DNA of 32,197 nt, taken from Verrucomicrobiota bacterium (GTDB lineage: Bacteria; Verrucomicrobiota; Verrucomicrobiia; Methylacidiphilales; Verrucolacustridaceae). The stretch covers positions 1 through 32,197 of the forward strand of contig JBEANM010000001.1 in the NCBI GenBank assembly GCA_041165425.1. Direction: 5' to 3'. Below the pieces are notes generated by a model. It was given only the letters and a program-made list of their open reading frames with translations. It made no database searches and was not told the DNA's origin. This document shows, piece by piece, positions 16,464 to 25,127 of the stretch; positions within the stretch are counted from its first letter, which is position 1; the number at the start of each line of letters is the position of its first letter. Both the position numbers and the translations under genes were made by a program.

Positions 16464-19400
16464 ATGAATATCCGATGCACCATCGTTCGGATTTGGATAC
16501 TCACAGCCGCGATCTGCATCCCTTTGAGTTCCAACCAAACCCGAGCCGAGGCACTCCTCCAGCTTTTCAACGTCTCCTACGCCGATCTGATCCAAAAAAT
16601 GCCTGAGCTGGCCGAAGCCGGCTATACCGCCCTTTGGCTCCCGCCTCCCACCAAAGGATCCGGAGGCCTCTCCGTCGGCTATGATTTGTGGGATCCTTTC
16701 GATTTTGGCTCCAAGAATCAGCGCGACTCGGTCCGCACCCGCTACGGAACCGAGGCTGAACTATTGGAAATGGTGACCACCGCCCACCGCTTCAGCATCC
16801 GCGTTTATTTCGACAACATCATGAATCACCGGGCCTTCGATGTGCCTGGCTATAACGAAAGCACCGCCATCGATATTTATCCGGGAATGGTTCCGGAGGA
16901 CTTCCATTTGCGGAAAACCGAAGACGGCTTTTACCGCAAATGGGACAACACCCGTGATTGGAGCAGTGCTTGGCAGGTGCAGAACCTCGGTCTCGCCGAC
17001 CTCATTGATATCGCCCACGAAACCCCCAACGCCAACCACGGAACCAGTGAGGGTGCTACCCATCCAAAATATTCCTTCATTCGCGATTTCGTCCGTCCGG
17101 AACAGTACGACAAGGACAAGGATGGAAATACCGCCTATTTCGGCGTCCTCATCGATCAGGCGCGTGCAGAACTCGGAACGAACGCTACCTCCGCCCAGAT
17201 CATCACCAAGGCCCAGGAATTCATCAGCGCCAACCCAGGAGCCTTCAAGGAAGACGTCGGCGCCTATCTGATCCGGGCCGCCCGCTATAAAATCGATCGC
17301 CTTAAGGCGGACGGCCTTCGGCTCGATGCGGTCAAACACGTGCCCGACTACTTCTTTGGACAACAGTCTGGCGCCAATAAGGATAGCAGCGATGCCGGCT
17401 ATCTCGGAGGTGTTCAATGGCAGTTCAATCGCACCCGAGGTTTTAGCGACGCGAACCACCGGGATTCCGTTTTTGAGGACAAACGCCCCCGCGACGATGC
17501 CATGGTTTTCGGCGAGCATCTTGGACAACCTCCGGGCTATGGAGGCTACTGGGATGCCGGTATGCGGCTGGTCGATAATGATCTACGGAGCAAGCTCAAC
17601 AGCACTCTCGGGAATCCCGGCGCCTCACTTTCCGGCTTGGATGCCGCGGGCGCCGGTGGCTTTGCCGCCAGTCTCGGGGTCACGCATGCCAACAGCCATG
17701 ACAGCGATTACGCCGCCCAAAAGGAGTGGCAGCACGCTTACTACATGACCCGCGAGGGCATGGGCCTAATTTATTCCGACGGCTACAACAAAGCCGAAAC
17801 CCTCGGCGAGTCCGGCGGTGCCTTCCCCCGTCACGCCAACACGCAATATCTCGGACAGTTTGGCGACCCGCGGATTCCCAACATTCTCAAACTTCACCAT
17901 GAATTCGCCCGGGGATTGCAACAGGGGCGCTGGGCTGACGGCGACTACCTCGCCTTCGAGCGCCGCGACAATTGCAGCCCCGACGGCTCCACCCGTAGCG
18001 GTAACGCCAGCGATGAAATCACCATGGTGATGATGATGAACGACAACACCGCGCAGGGGCAGGCGCGGAATCTCAGCACTAGTTTCCCAAGCGGCGCCTA
18101 TCTGTACCAGTACGCCGAGGGCCCGAACGGCTCGAGTATGGTTGGCTTTTACAAATACGCCGGCGAGTTAAGCACGGTCACGGTCCCGCCTGGCGGATAT
18201 TTTCTTTTCAGCTACCGCACGCCGGAACTTTCCACCCTGTGGCCCAATGCCGCCATCACCCTTTACCAAACAAACGCCTCCACCGGCCATCTTGAGGAGG
18301 TCCCCCGAATCACCGTCACCCGCAAGGATGGACGCGATGGTGACGCCACGTTCAATCCCAGCGGTCTTCCCAATCGCGGTTATCCGACCAACACCACCCC
18401 GGTGCCCTACACCTACCAAACCACTGTCCCTGTCGTGAAGGCCGGTCAGCCCTTCACCATTCTCGCTCGGGCCGACGGCTCTGCGGAAAACATCCTCGTC
18501 AAACTCAACGGTGGCGTGGACCTGAACGGATCCGGTCTCGGCGCCGACCCCGGGAAACGCGACAACCCCCCGGGTCTCCGCACCGACATTTGGCTTGGCT
18601 ACGAGCAACCCACCTTCGTCGATCGCCAGCACCCCGAAAAATTCGCTGCCAAGGACACCACCCGCTGTCAGATCGGATCCCCCGGAGCCGAGACTTACAC
18701 CAAAACCATCGGAGGATCTGCCACCATTAACAACGGGCCCGCCGGTGCGAACAATTACTCCAGAGATTTACTCAATGGCACAAATGTGGTGGTAGCCAAC
18801 CTGTTTCCATCCTGGGTCTATCACGACCCCGACGACACGGTAGGAGGAGCCACGGGCACGGTCGGCGTCGGCGACAAACAGTTTAACGATAGTGGTTCAG
18901 ATATTGTGATCTGGGCGAAAAGCAACTCCGTGGGATCCGGATTTAAGATGTTCGTGTACTACACCCTGGACGGATCCTTTCCCGAGGGGGCCGGCGGCAT
19001 CGGCCGTGGCACCACGCGGGTGGCACAACTGAATTACCAGCATGGTCAAAACGGTGATGACTGGTGGGGCTCCGTGACGATTCCGAAGCCGACCAATGGA
19101 ACCCTCTTCACCTACAAAATCGGCTGCTACAAAAACGAGGATTCCGATGGAGCCCCCTCGTGGTGGCCGGGCGATCCCATTTCCGTGGGACACAAAAAGA
19201 GGATGCTCACGACTTTTCGGGTGGAGAACTTCAACCCGTCCACCGTCCAGCACTTTCCCCACAACGACTATGCCCGCACCCCCACCCTCGGCCAACCGTA
19301 TGACAACTGGCCTTTTGCCATGCAGACGGGCCTTTCCGAAGGGTTTCACATCCTTCGCGCTCGGGCCTTTTTGAACCGCGGGGCCAACCAAGCCCCCCTT

Positions 19401-22400
19401 TACCAGACCTTCACGCAGACCTTCTACTACGACGCCGAAACCCCTCAAGGCGTTCTCGCCTTCCCTTCCAATAACGGTGACACCGTAGGCGGTTCCAGTT
19501 ACGAGATGGTCGTCCGCACCGACATGACCGTCCAAGAGGTTTGGTATCGCATCACCGACTCCGACAACGACAACGACGATGCCGTGACAAAAGCACAAAA
19601 CGGAAACGGCGCCGGCTTCGAACCCTTTGTTGATGCCAACGCGAATGGAATCTGGAACACCGGAGAAACTTTCACCGATCTCAACGGCAACGGAACCTAC
19701 GACACCACCCTCAATCCCACCTGGGCCAAGGCCAACGAGGTCACCCCCAGTCTTTCCGTCACCAGTCCTTACCAAAAGGAGTGGCGCTTCACCTACAGTA
19801 ACATCCCCCTGACCGGGGCCGGCACCATCACCCTGCGTTTCCTGGAGGCGTCATCCTCCCGTAATATGACCCTCTCGGCATCGGCGGCCAATGTCACCGA
19901 GTTCATCCGCAGCGTGGAAACCCGCGGAAACGCCGAGCGGATTCTCATCGGCTACCCGACCAATGATGGGGATGTGGTCGACGACAACTACACCATGCAG
20001 GTCTGGTTCCCGAAATCGATTAGCAACCCCTCGATTACCCCGGAACAGATGATCTCCCGCTTCACTTTCTCGGCCCAAGGGAACGTCCAAGACCGCACGG
20101 GCTGGTCGATCAATTACGGTGATTTTGGCCCCGGCAACGCCTTCCACCAGCTCTCGATTCCCCTTCCGAATCTCTACAACTCCGCCCTTAACCAACAGGA
20201 ATTCCGCGTCGTGTACCAGGACCCGAACGACGCCAACCCCACCTACACCGCCATTCGCCGTGTCACCGTCAACCCCAGTAACAAACCGTTCATCCGCATC
20301 ACTCAGCCAACCGTGGTCGGTTCCGACGGTCGCCCCACCGAAATCGTCCTGCCCGACGGACCTGGCGAGGACTCCGTCAACTACGAGGTACAGGTGGAAA
20401 CCAGCACCGGCGTCACTTCCGCACCCACCCTCACCGGGATCACCACCACCAATAGCCCGACTTCCGTCGTCAACGGCAACATTAAGACCTGGAGCTACAC
20501 CTGGAGCATTACGGCTGCCGGCAGCTACCGCATCGAGGCCGAAGCGATCCTCAGCGGCAGTACCCCCACCAAGACCTCGCGTAACGCCAACGTGGTTCTT
20601 CGCCAGATTGTCACCCCCTCCTACACCGATGACGGCGACGACGACAACGATGGCCTCGTCAATATCGACGAAAGCAACCGCAAAGCGTTACCCATCGGCA
20701 ACGCCGAAACCTGGAAAAACGGGGATGTCCACATCTACTACGCCACCGGAAATTCACTGCCCACCAGCCCCGACTCCGATAGCGACGGTCTGCCCGACGG
20801 CCTTGAGGTCGGCTGGCGGGTCGCCGGCACCAACACCGTCGCCACCGTCGACACCAACGGCGATGGTTGGAAAAACTTCATCGGCGACCTCGATCCGCCT
20901 CTTTACGCCGTCGTCGAAAACTACCCTGCAGTCCCCGGCGTCGGCTCCCAAAGTGCCGGCGATGACCGCACCCGCCAAGCCGCCGGTTCCGTCACTGACC
21001 CAGCGAACCCTGATACCGACGGGGACGGCATTCAGGATGGAGTCGAAGACGCCAACCGCAACGGTTGGACCGACGGGGACGGCAAGCCCCTCCAGCTGAC
21101 TGCCACCATCACCCAGTACACCAACAGCGCCAATCGTCCCAATGGGGGCGACTGGCCCAACAATGCCGTCGAATCCTGGGAAACGTGGGAGGAAACCAGC
21201 GCCACTAAAAACGACAGCGATGCCGATGGCCTGACTGACGGCAGTGAGGACAACAACGGCAACGGCCGAACCGACATCCTCCTGCGTTTTGCCGACGGGA
21301 GCCGTAAAAGCCTCCTGCTCGACCTTACTACCGACACCCCCTTGGCCGTGGCTGGATCAGAGTTCAGGCGAGGCACGAATTCCTACTCTCGATCCGTCAA
21401 CTACTCCCTTTTGTTTGCTGCCTATCAGCCCTCCACCAATGCGGCCGGCACCCGACAAACCAACGGCTGGCCGAAACTGGAAATCACCGAGTCCGATGCC
21501 CTCATCGGCGACACCGACGGCGACACCCTTCCCGACGGCTGGGAAAAGAACAACGGTTTGGATCCGCTCGATAATGGTTCGTACAACCTTGCCAACGGGG
21601 GTCCGGGCGATCCGAAGAATGGCGCCTCCGGGAATCCGGACAACGATCTCCTCACCAATGAACAGGAACTGGCCGCGGGCACCCATCCGAATATCAGCAA
21701 TACCCCTATCGGCGGCGGATCGGGCGAGGGCACCATCCGTATCGGCCAATTTATGGATTGGAAGCACACGGACCTGATCGCCCTCGACGAATACAACGAG
21801 GGAGGCAGTCAGGGCGCCGACGTTTACCGCACCAACAGCAACGACGACTCCCGCGATATCGTCGCGTTTTCTTTCCGGGACGGCGGCGCGGTCGGGCCCA
21901 ACGGGGATGGCAAACTCTACTTCCGCGTCGATTTCATGAACCTCGCGGCCGACGCCTGGACGTCCGAGGTGGACGCTTACATCGTCATCGACACCGGTAA
22001 CCCTGCGGTCGGCGAGGCCTCAATTCCCAACGAGGTGGACATTGTCACCGACATGCGATGGGAGGCTGTCGTGGCCGTATACGGGCAGGATTTTGGCACC
22101 ATCTTTGTCGACACCGCCCGCGGCAACAACACCACCACCCAATTTCAAATTCCCAACGCCAGCTTCGGGGTCGAATCCCGTAGTTTTGGCGGCCTCAACC
22201 GGGCTCAGTGGTCCAGCACCTACGATGCGGTTGAAATTTCCGTCGATCGCCAGAACTTGCTCGATTCAGGATGGGACGGTGATCCCAATAAACTAAATTT
22301 CCAGGTGTTCACCACGAGACCTAACACGACGGGGTCAGGCACCGGCGACATTTCCGGCCGGAACGATATTCGCGACACCATCGCGGACGACTGGCTCGCT

Positions 22401-24998
22401 TCGGACTACTGGAAGGATCAGTCCAACATCCAACTCAACGGCAAACTCTCTTACTATTTCGGCCGCGATCTGAGTCAGGGCAACAACGGCAGGAAATACA
22501 ATGACCGCAACCGCTCCGCCAAGGTCATGCTGCTGGCCCACGGCAACCAGACCCTTCAGCCCGGCGGCTCCACCCAGGCGCTCATCCACGACCGCGCCGC
22601 CACCAATGCCGCCGGCTATCACCGCCTGCTCGCCACCCACAACACCTATCAGGCCCCGCTGACCCTTCATCTCACGCCCACCCTCGCCTCGTCCCTCGAG
22701 TGGGCCAAGAGCACGGACACCCGCAACGACGGACCGAACTTCAACGGCCAAATCCGCGGCCTCGTTTCCAACAACGTGATCGACCTTGTCGGCACCACCT
22801 TCGCGGATCACATGACCAAATACTTTCCGAGTGAATTCAACACCTCCAGCAAGACTCTTTCCCAACAGTTCCTCAACACCATTTACGGGTCCGGTTCGAC
22901 GGTCACTTCTTCCAAGGTGTTCTGGCCGGCCGAACGAGTCCTGGATGACGTGACTCTGGGCCAGATTCAATCGATGGGATATACCTACACCTTCGCGGAC
23001 CAAATGCGCCATTTCCTTAAGTGGTTCGGTCGATCCTCCGCGCTTGGCACGGAAGGTTTCCGCCTGAACAAGGTGGGCAATGTGAAAGTCTTCCCCATCC
23101 ACGACTTCACCTCGGAATACCTCAACCAAACTCTGGATGACGGCTCCAGCCTCGCCGTCCGCCAACTTCTCTCCCGTCGCGCCCGCAGCGGCGTGCAGGA
23201 TCAGGTCGTCGTCCTTTGCCGTGATCTGAACGACTTTGCCACGGACACCCGCAGTGACAGCTATGACGCCAATGTCCGCTGGCTGGCCAGCCGCCCATGG
23301 ATCCGGGTGGTCACCGCCGATCAGATCGCCAACCACGAGGTAAACTATATCGGCCAGGACGGTGGCACCTATAGCGAGTGGGGCACGGTGGATCGCGGTT
23401 CCCCGACCCTTGCCCCTGTCGCCAAGGATTGGGTCGACTGGGCCAGTGGGGAAAACTACGACAACTGGTTTGACGGCGGTAACAACCGCCCCGGCTTGAA
23501 AAACCAAAGGTTCGGCGGCACGGCTGCCCCCACTTTCGGCGAGGTCGGCGACATCACCGGACAGGCCGACCAAGCTTGGCGCGGGGTGCGGCAAGTGAAC
23601 CCCGTCACCCAGCCCGGGCTGCGCAACCTCGCCGATGGCGCGTTGCACGCCGCCATGTTCCTCAGTGGCTTCCACAGCACCACGAATGTCACCGATCTGA
23701 GTAAATTCAGCACGGGGGTCTACATCAACCCCAACAATGGCGCGGGTCAGACCCTGGCTCCCTTCGCCCGAAACAGCCAAGCTCAGGCCCGCTTCGCCAA
23801 AGTCTACGAACGGGTGCAGACCTGGGCCTCCGCCGCCACCAACAACACCTTGGCCCAGGAGAGCAGCGATGTGGACCTCGACGGTTCGCCCGAGTACCTC
23901 CTCTACAACTGCCGCCTTTTTGGCGTCTTTGAGGCCAAAGGTGGCCGGATGACCGCCGCGTGGATGCGGGATCCGGCCAGCGGAAAGGTCTGGCAAGTTT
24001 CCGGCAACTTCGCCGCCTACAGCAACACCGAGACAGAAGATGAAGGCAGCGACAATGCCACTGCCTACCGCACCAGCGGTTTCAAAGACTGGTGGCTTAT
24101 GCCCACGGCGGGTTCGGGAAATCGCGCCTCGGTCAATGGTGACTACACCGTTGCCGCCGCTTCCGGCTCCACCGGATGGTCTTTCAGCAACCAATCGGAT
24201 GTTACCAAGGTCGTCACTCTCGGCTCGGCAGACGCCAAATCTTTCACCGCCTCCTACTCCCTGAGCGGTTTGAGCAAAGCCTTCATCCGCTTCGGCCTTT
24301 CCCCCAATCTCGGGGATCTTCTCCTCCGGGGTCAGGCGGGCTTGGGCAACGAGGTTCTTTCCAATACCAACCGCCGAGTTGCTCTGACCAACATCTCCGG
24401 CTCCGAAGTCGTCCGGGCTTTTGTCGAGGTCTCAACCGGAGGCGTGATCAATGCCGGTGCCACCGATCTCACCACCGCCGGCACCACCATCCTCCGCCGC
24501 AATCAAGCCCAGACCCATCAGGTGGAGGTGGAACTGACTGGAGATGGTCCGCATGTCATTACCCTGGGATTCGACGATGGCACCGATGCCCCGAACCCAG
24601 ACAGCGACGGCGATGGCCTGCTCGATGCATGGGAAAACAGTAACTTTGGCAACCTATCCCAAAATGCCTCCGGAGACCCGGACGCCGACGGCATCGGCAA
24701 CCTCCTCGAGTTCCGACTCGGCACCAATCCCAACTCCGCCATCGCGACCGGCTTGCCGACCCTTAACCTCAACCCTGGCGATGGAAACGGCCTTTCGACA
24801 AACGGGTTTACCATGTCCTTCCCAACCGTGACTGGAATCACCTATCAGGTCGTGGCGAACGGCAATCTCTCGACCAACTCCTGGGGCAACATCGGATCAC
24901 CGATCATCGGAGACGGCACGACTAAATCGGTCACCGACACCTCCGCGACCAACTCCACCCAAAAGTTTTACCGCATTAATCTCTCTCCAACTCCCTGA
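16464..24998 (+). CDS. Giant secreted multidomain alpha-glucan-active enzyme: GH13 domain + Ig-like domains + DxDxDG repeats + DOMON-like + GH57-like domain + C-terminal module (2844 aa)
   Basis: Signal peptide from ATG 16464. GH13 regions DNIMNH (16812), GLRLDAVKH (Asp 17325), FGEH (Glu 17514), NSHD (Asp 17700). GH57-like HGNQ (22539), FWPAERV (Glu 22932), VLCRD (Asp 23223), then DVDLDG.PEY (23868). Confidence 0.88.
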   Translation: MNIRCTIVRIWILTAAICIPLSSNQTRAEALLQLFNVSYADLIQKMPELAEAGYTALWLPPPTKGSGGLSVGYDLWDPFDFGSKNQRDSVRTRYGTEAELLEMVTTAHRFSIRVYFDNIMNHRAFDVPGYNESTAIDIYPGMVPEDFHLRKTEDGFYRKWDNTRDWSSAWQVQNLGLADLIDIAHETPNANHGTSEGATHPKYSFIRDFVRPEQYDKDKDGNTAYFGVLIDQARAELGTNATSAQIITKAQEFISANPGAFKEDVGAYLIRAARYKIDRLKADGLRLDAVKHVPDYFFGQQSGANKDSSDAGYLGGVQWQFNRTRGFSDANHRDSVFEDKRPRDDAMVFGEHLGQPPGYGGYWDAGMRLVDNDLRSKLNSTLGNPGASLSGLDAAGAGGFAASLGVTHANSHDSDYAAQKEWQHAYYMTREGMGLIYSDGYNKAETLGESGGAFPRHANTQYLGQFGDPRIPNILKLHHEFARGLQQGRWADGDYLAFERRDNCSPDGSTRSGNASDEITMVMMMNDNTAQGQARNLSTSFPSGAYLYQYAEGPNGSSMVGFYKYAGELSTVTVPPGGYFLFSYRTPELSTLWPNAAITLYQTNASTGHLEEVPRITVTRKDGRDGDATFNPSGLPNRGYPTNTTPVPYTYQTTVPVVKAGQPFTILARADGSAENILVKLNGGVDLNGSGLGADPGKRDNPPGLRTDIWLGYEQPTFVDRQHPEKFAAKDTTRCQIGSPGAETYTKTIGGSATINNGPAGANNYSRDLLNGTNVVVANLFPSWVYHDPDDTVGGATGTVGVGDKQFNDSGSDIVIWAKSNSVGSGFKMFVYYTLDGSFPEGAGGIGRGTTRVAQLNYQHGQNGDDWWGSVTIPKPTNGTLFTYKIGCYKNEDSDGAPSWWPGDPISVGHKKRMLTTFRVENFNPSTVQHFPHNDYARTPTLGQPYDNWPFAMQTGLSEGFHILRARAFLNRGANQAPLYQTFTQTFYYDAETPQGVLAFPSNNGDTVGGSSYEMVVRTDMTVQEVWYRITDSDNDNDDAVTKAQNGNGAGFEPFVDANANGIWNTGETFTDLNGNGTYDTTLNPTWAKANEVTPSLSVTSPYQKEWRFTYSNIPLTGAGTITLRFLEASSSRNMTLSASAANVTEFIRSVETRGNAERILIGYPTNDGDVVDDNYTMQVWFPKSISNPSITPEQMISRFTFSAQGNVQDRTGWSINYGDFGPGNAFHQLSIPLPNLYNSALNQQEFRVVYQDPNDANPTYTAIRRVTVNPSNKPFIRITQPTVVGSDGRPTEIVLPDGPGEDSVNYEVQVETSTGVTSAPTLTGITTTNSPTSVVNGNIKTWSYTWSITAAGSYRIEAEAILSGSTPTKTSRNANVVLRQIVTPSYTDDGDDDNDGLVNIDESNRKALPIGNAETWKNGDVHIYYATGNSLPTSPDSDSDGLPDGLEVGWRVAGTNTVATVDTNGDGWKNFIGDLDPPLYAVVENYPAVPGVGSQSAGDDRTRQAAGSVTDPANPDTDGDGIQDGVEDANRNGWTDGDGKPLQLTATITQYTNSANRPNGGDWPNNAVESWETWEETSATKNDSDADGLTDGSEDNNGNGRTDILLRFADGSRKSLLLDLTTDTPLAVAGSEFRRGTNSYSRSVNYSLLFAAYQPSTNAAGTRQTNGWPKLEITESDALIGDTDGDTLPDGWEKNNGLDPLDNGSYNLANGGPGDPKNGASGNPDNDLLTNEQELAAGTHPNISNTPIGGGSGEGTIRIGQFMDWKHTDLIALDEYNEGGSQGADVYRTNSNDDSRDIVAFSFRDGGAVGPNGDGKLYFRVDFMNLAADAWTSEVDAYIVIDTGNPAVGEASIPNEVDIVTDMRWEAVVAVYGQDFGTIFVDTARGNNTTTQFQIPNASFGVESRSFGGLNRAQWSSTYDAVEISVDRQNLLDSGWDGDPNKLNFQVFTTRPNTTGSGTGDISGRNDIRDTIADDWLASDYWKDQSNIQLNGKLSYYFGRDLSQGNNGRKYNDRNRSAKVMLLAHGNQTLQPGGSTQALIHDRAATNAAGYHRLLATHNTYQAPLTLHLTPTLASSLEWAKSTDTRNDGPNFNGQIRGLVSNNVIDLVGTTFADHMTKYFPSEFNTSSKTLSQQFLNTIYGSGSTVTSSKVFWPAERVLDDVTLGQIQSMGYTYTFADQMRHFLKWFGRSSALGTEGFRLNKVGNVKVFPIHDFTSEYLNQTLDDGSSLAVRQLLSRRARSGVQDQVVVLCRDLNDFATDTRSDSYDANVRWLASRPWIRVVTADQIANHEVNYIGQDGGTYSEWGTVDRGSPTLAPVAKDWVDWASGENYDNWFDGGNNRPGLKNQRFGGTAAPTFGEVGDITGQADQAWRGVRQVNPVTQPGLRNLADGALHAAMFLSGFHSTTNVTDLSKFSTGVYINPNNGAGQTLAPFARNSQAQARFAKVYERVQTWASAATNNTLAQESSDVDLDGSPEYLLYNCRLFGVFEAKGGRMTAAWMRDPASGKVWQVSGNFAAYSNTETEDEGSDNATAYRTSGFKDWWLMPTAGSGNRASVNGDYTVAAASGSTGWSFSNQSDVTKVVTLGSADAKSFTASYSLSGLSKAFIRFGLSPNLGDLLLRGQAGLGNEVLSNTNRRVALTNISGSEVVRAFVEVSTGGVINAGATDLTTAGTTILRRNQAQTHQVEVELTGDGPHVITLGFDDGTDAPNPDSDGDGLLDAWENSNFGNLSQNASGDPDADGIGNLLEFRLGTNPNSAIATGLPTLNLNPGDGNGLSTNGFTMSFPTVTGITYQVVANGNLSTNSWGNIGSPIIGDGTTKSVTDTSATNSTQKFYRINLSPTP
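20628..21700 (+). repeat. Protein-level acidic DxDxDG(L/I)xDxxE repeats (thrombospondin type-3-like, predicted Ca-binding)
   Basis: DDDNDGLVNIDE, DSDSDGLPDGLE, DTDGDGIQDGVE, DSDADGLTDGSE, DTDGDTLPDGWE, NPDNDLLTNEQE. Confidence 0.75.
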
Positions 24999-25127
24999 TC
25001 AATAATTCTTTGAACACAGGGGGGTCTGACCCTGTCTATGTAGCTATGTGGCAGAGGTTTACATTTGAACTGTTCCATGAAAAACCCTGTGGATTTTATC
25101 CGATTCGCCTGTATGATAAATAATTCC

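Noticed and set aside
22335-24194. 619-aa minus-strand ORF and other long antisense ORFs (e.g. 25251..26522, 12133..13263, 9245..10252)
   Set aside because: Shadow frames of GC-rich real genes; no recognisable motifs.
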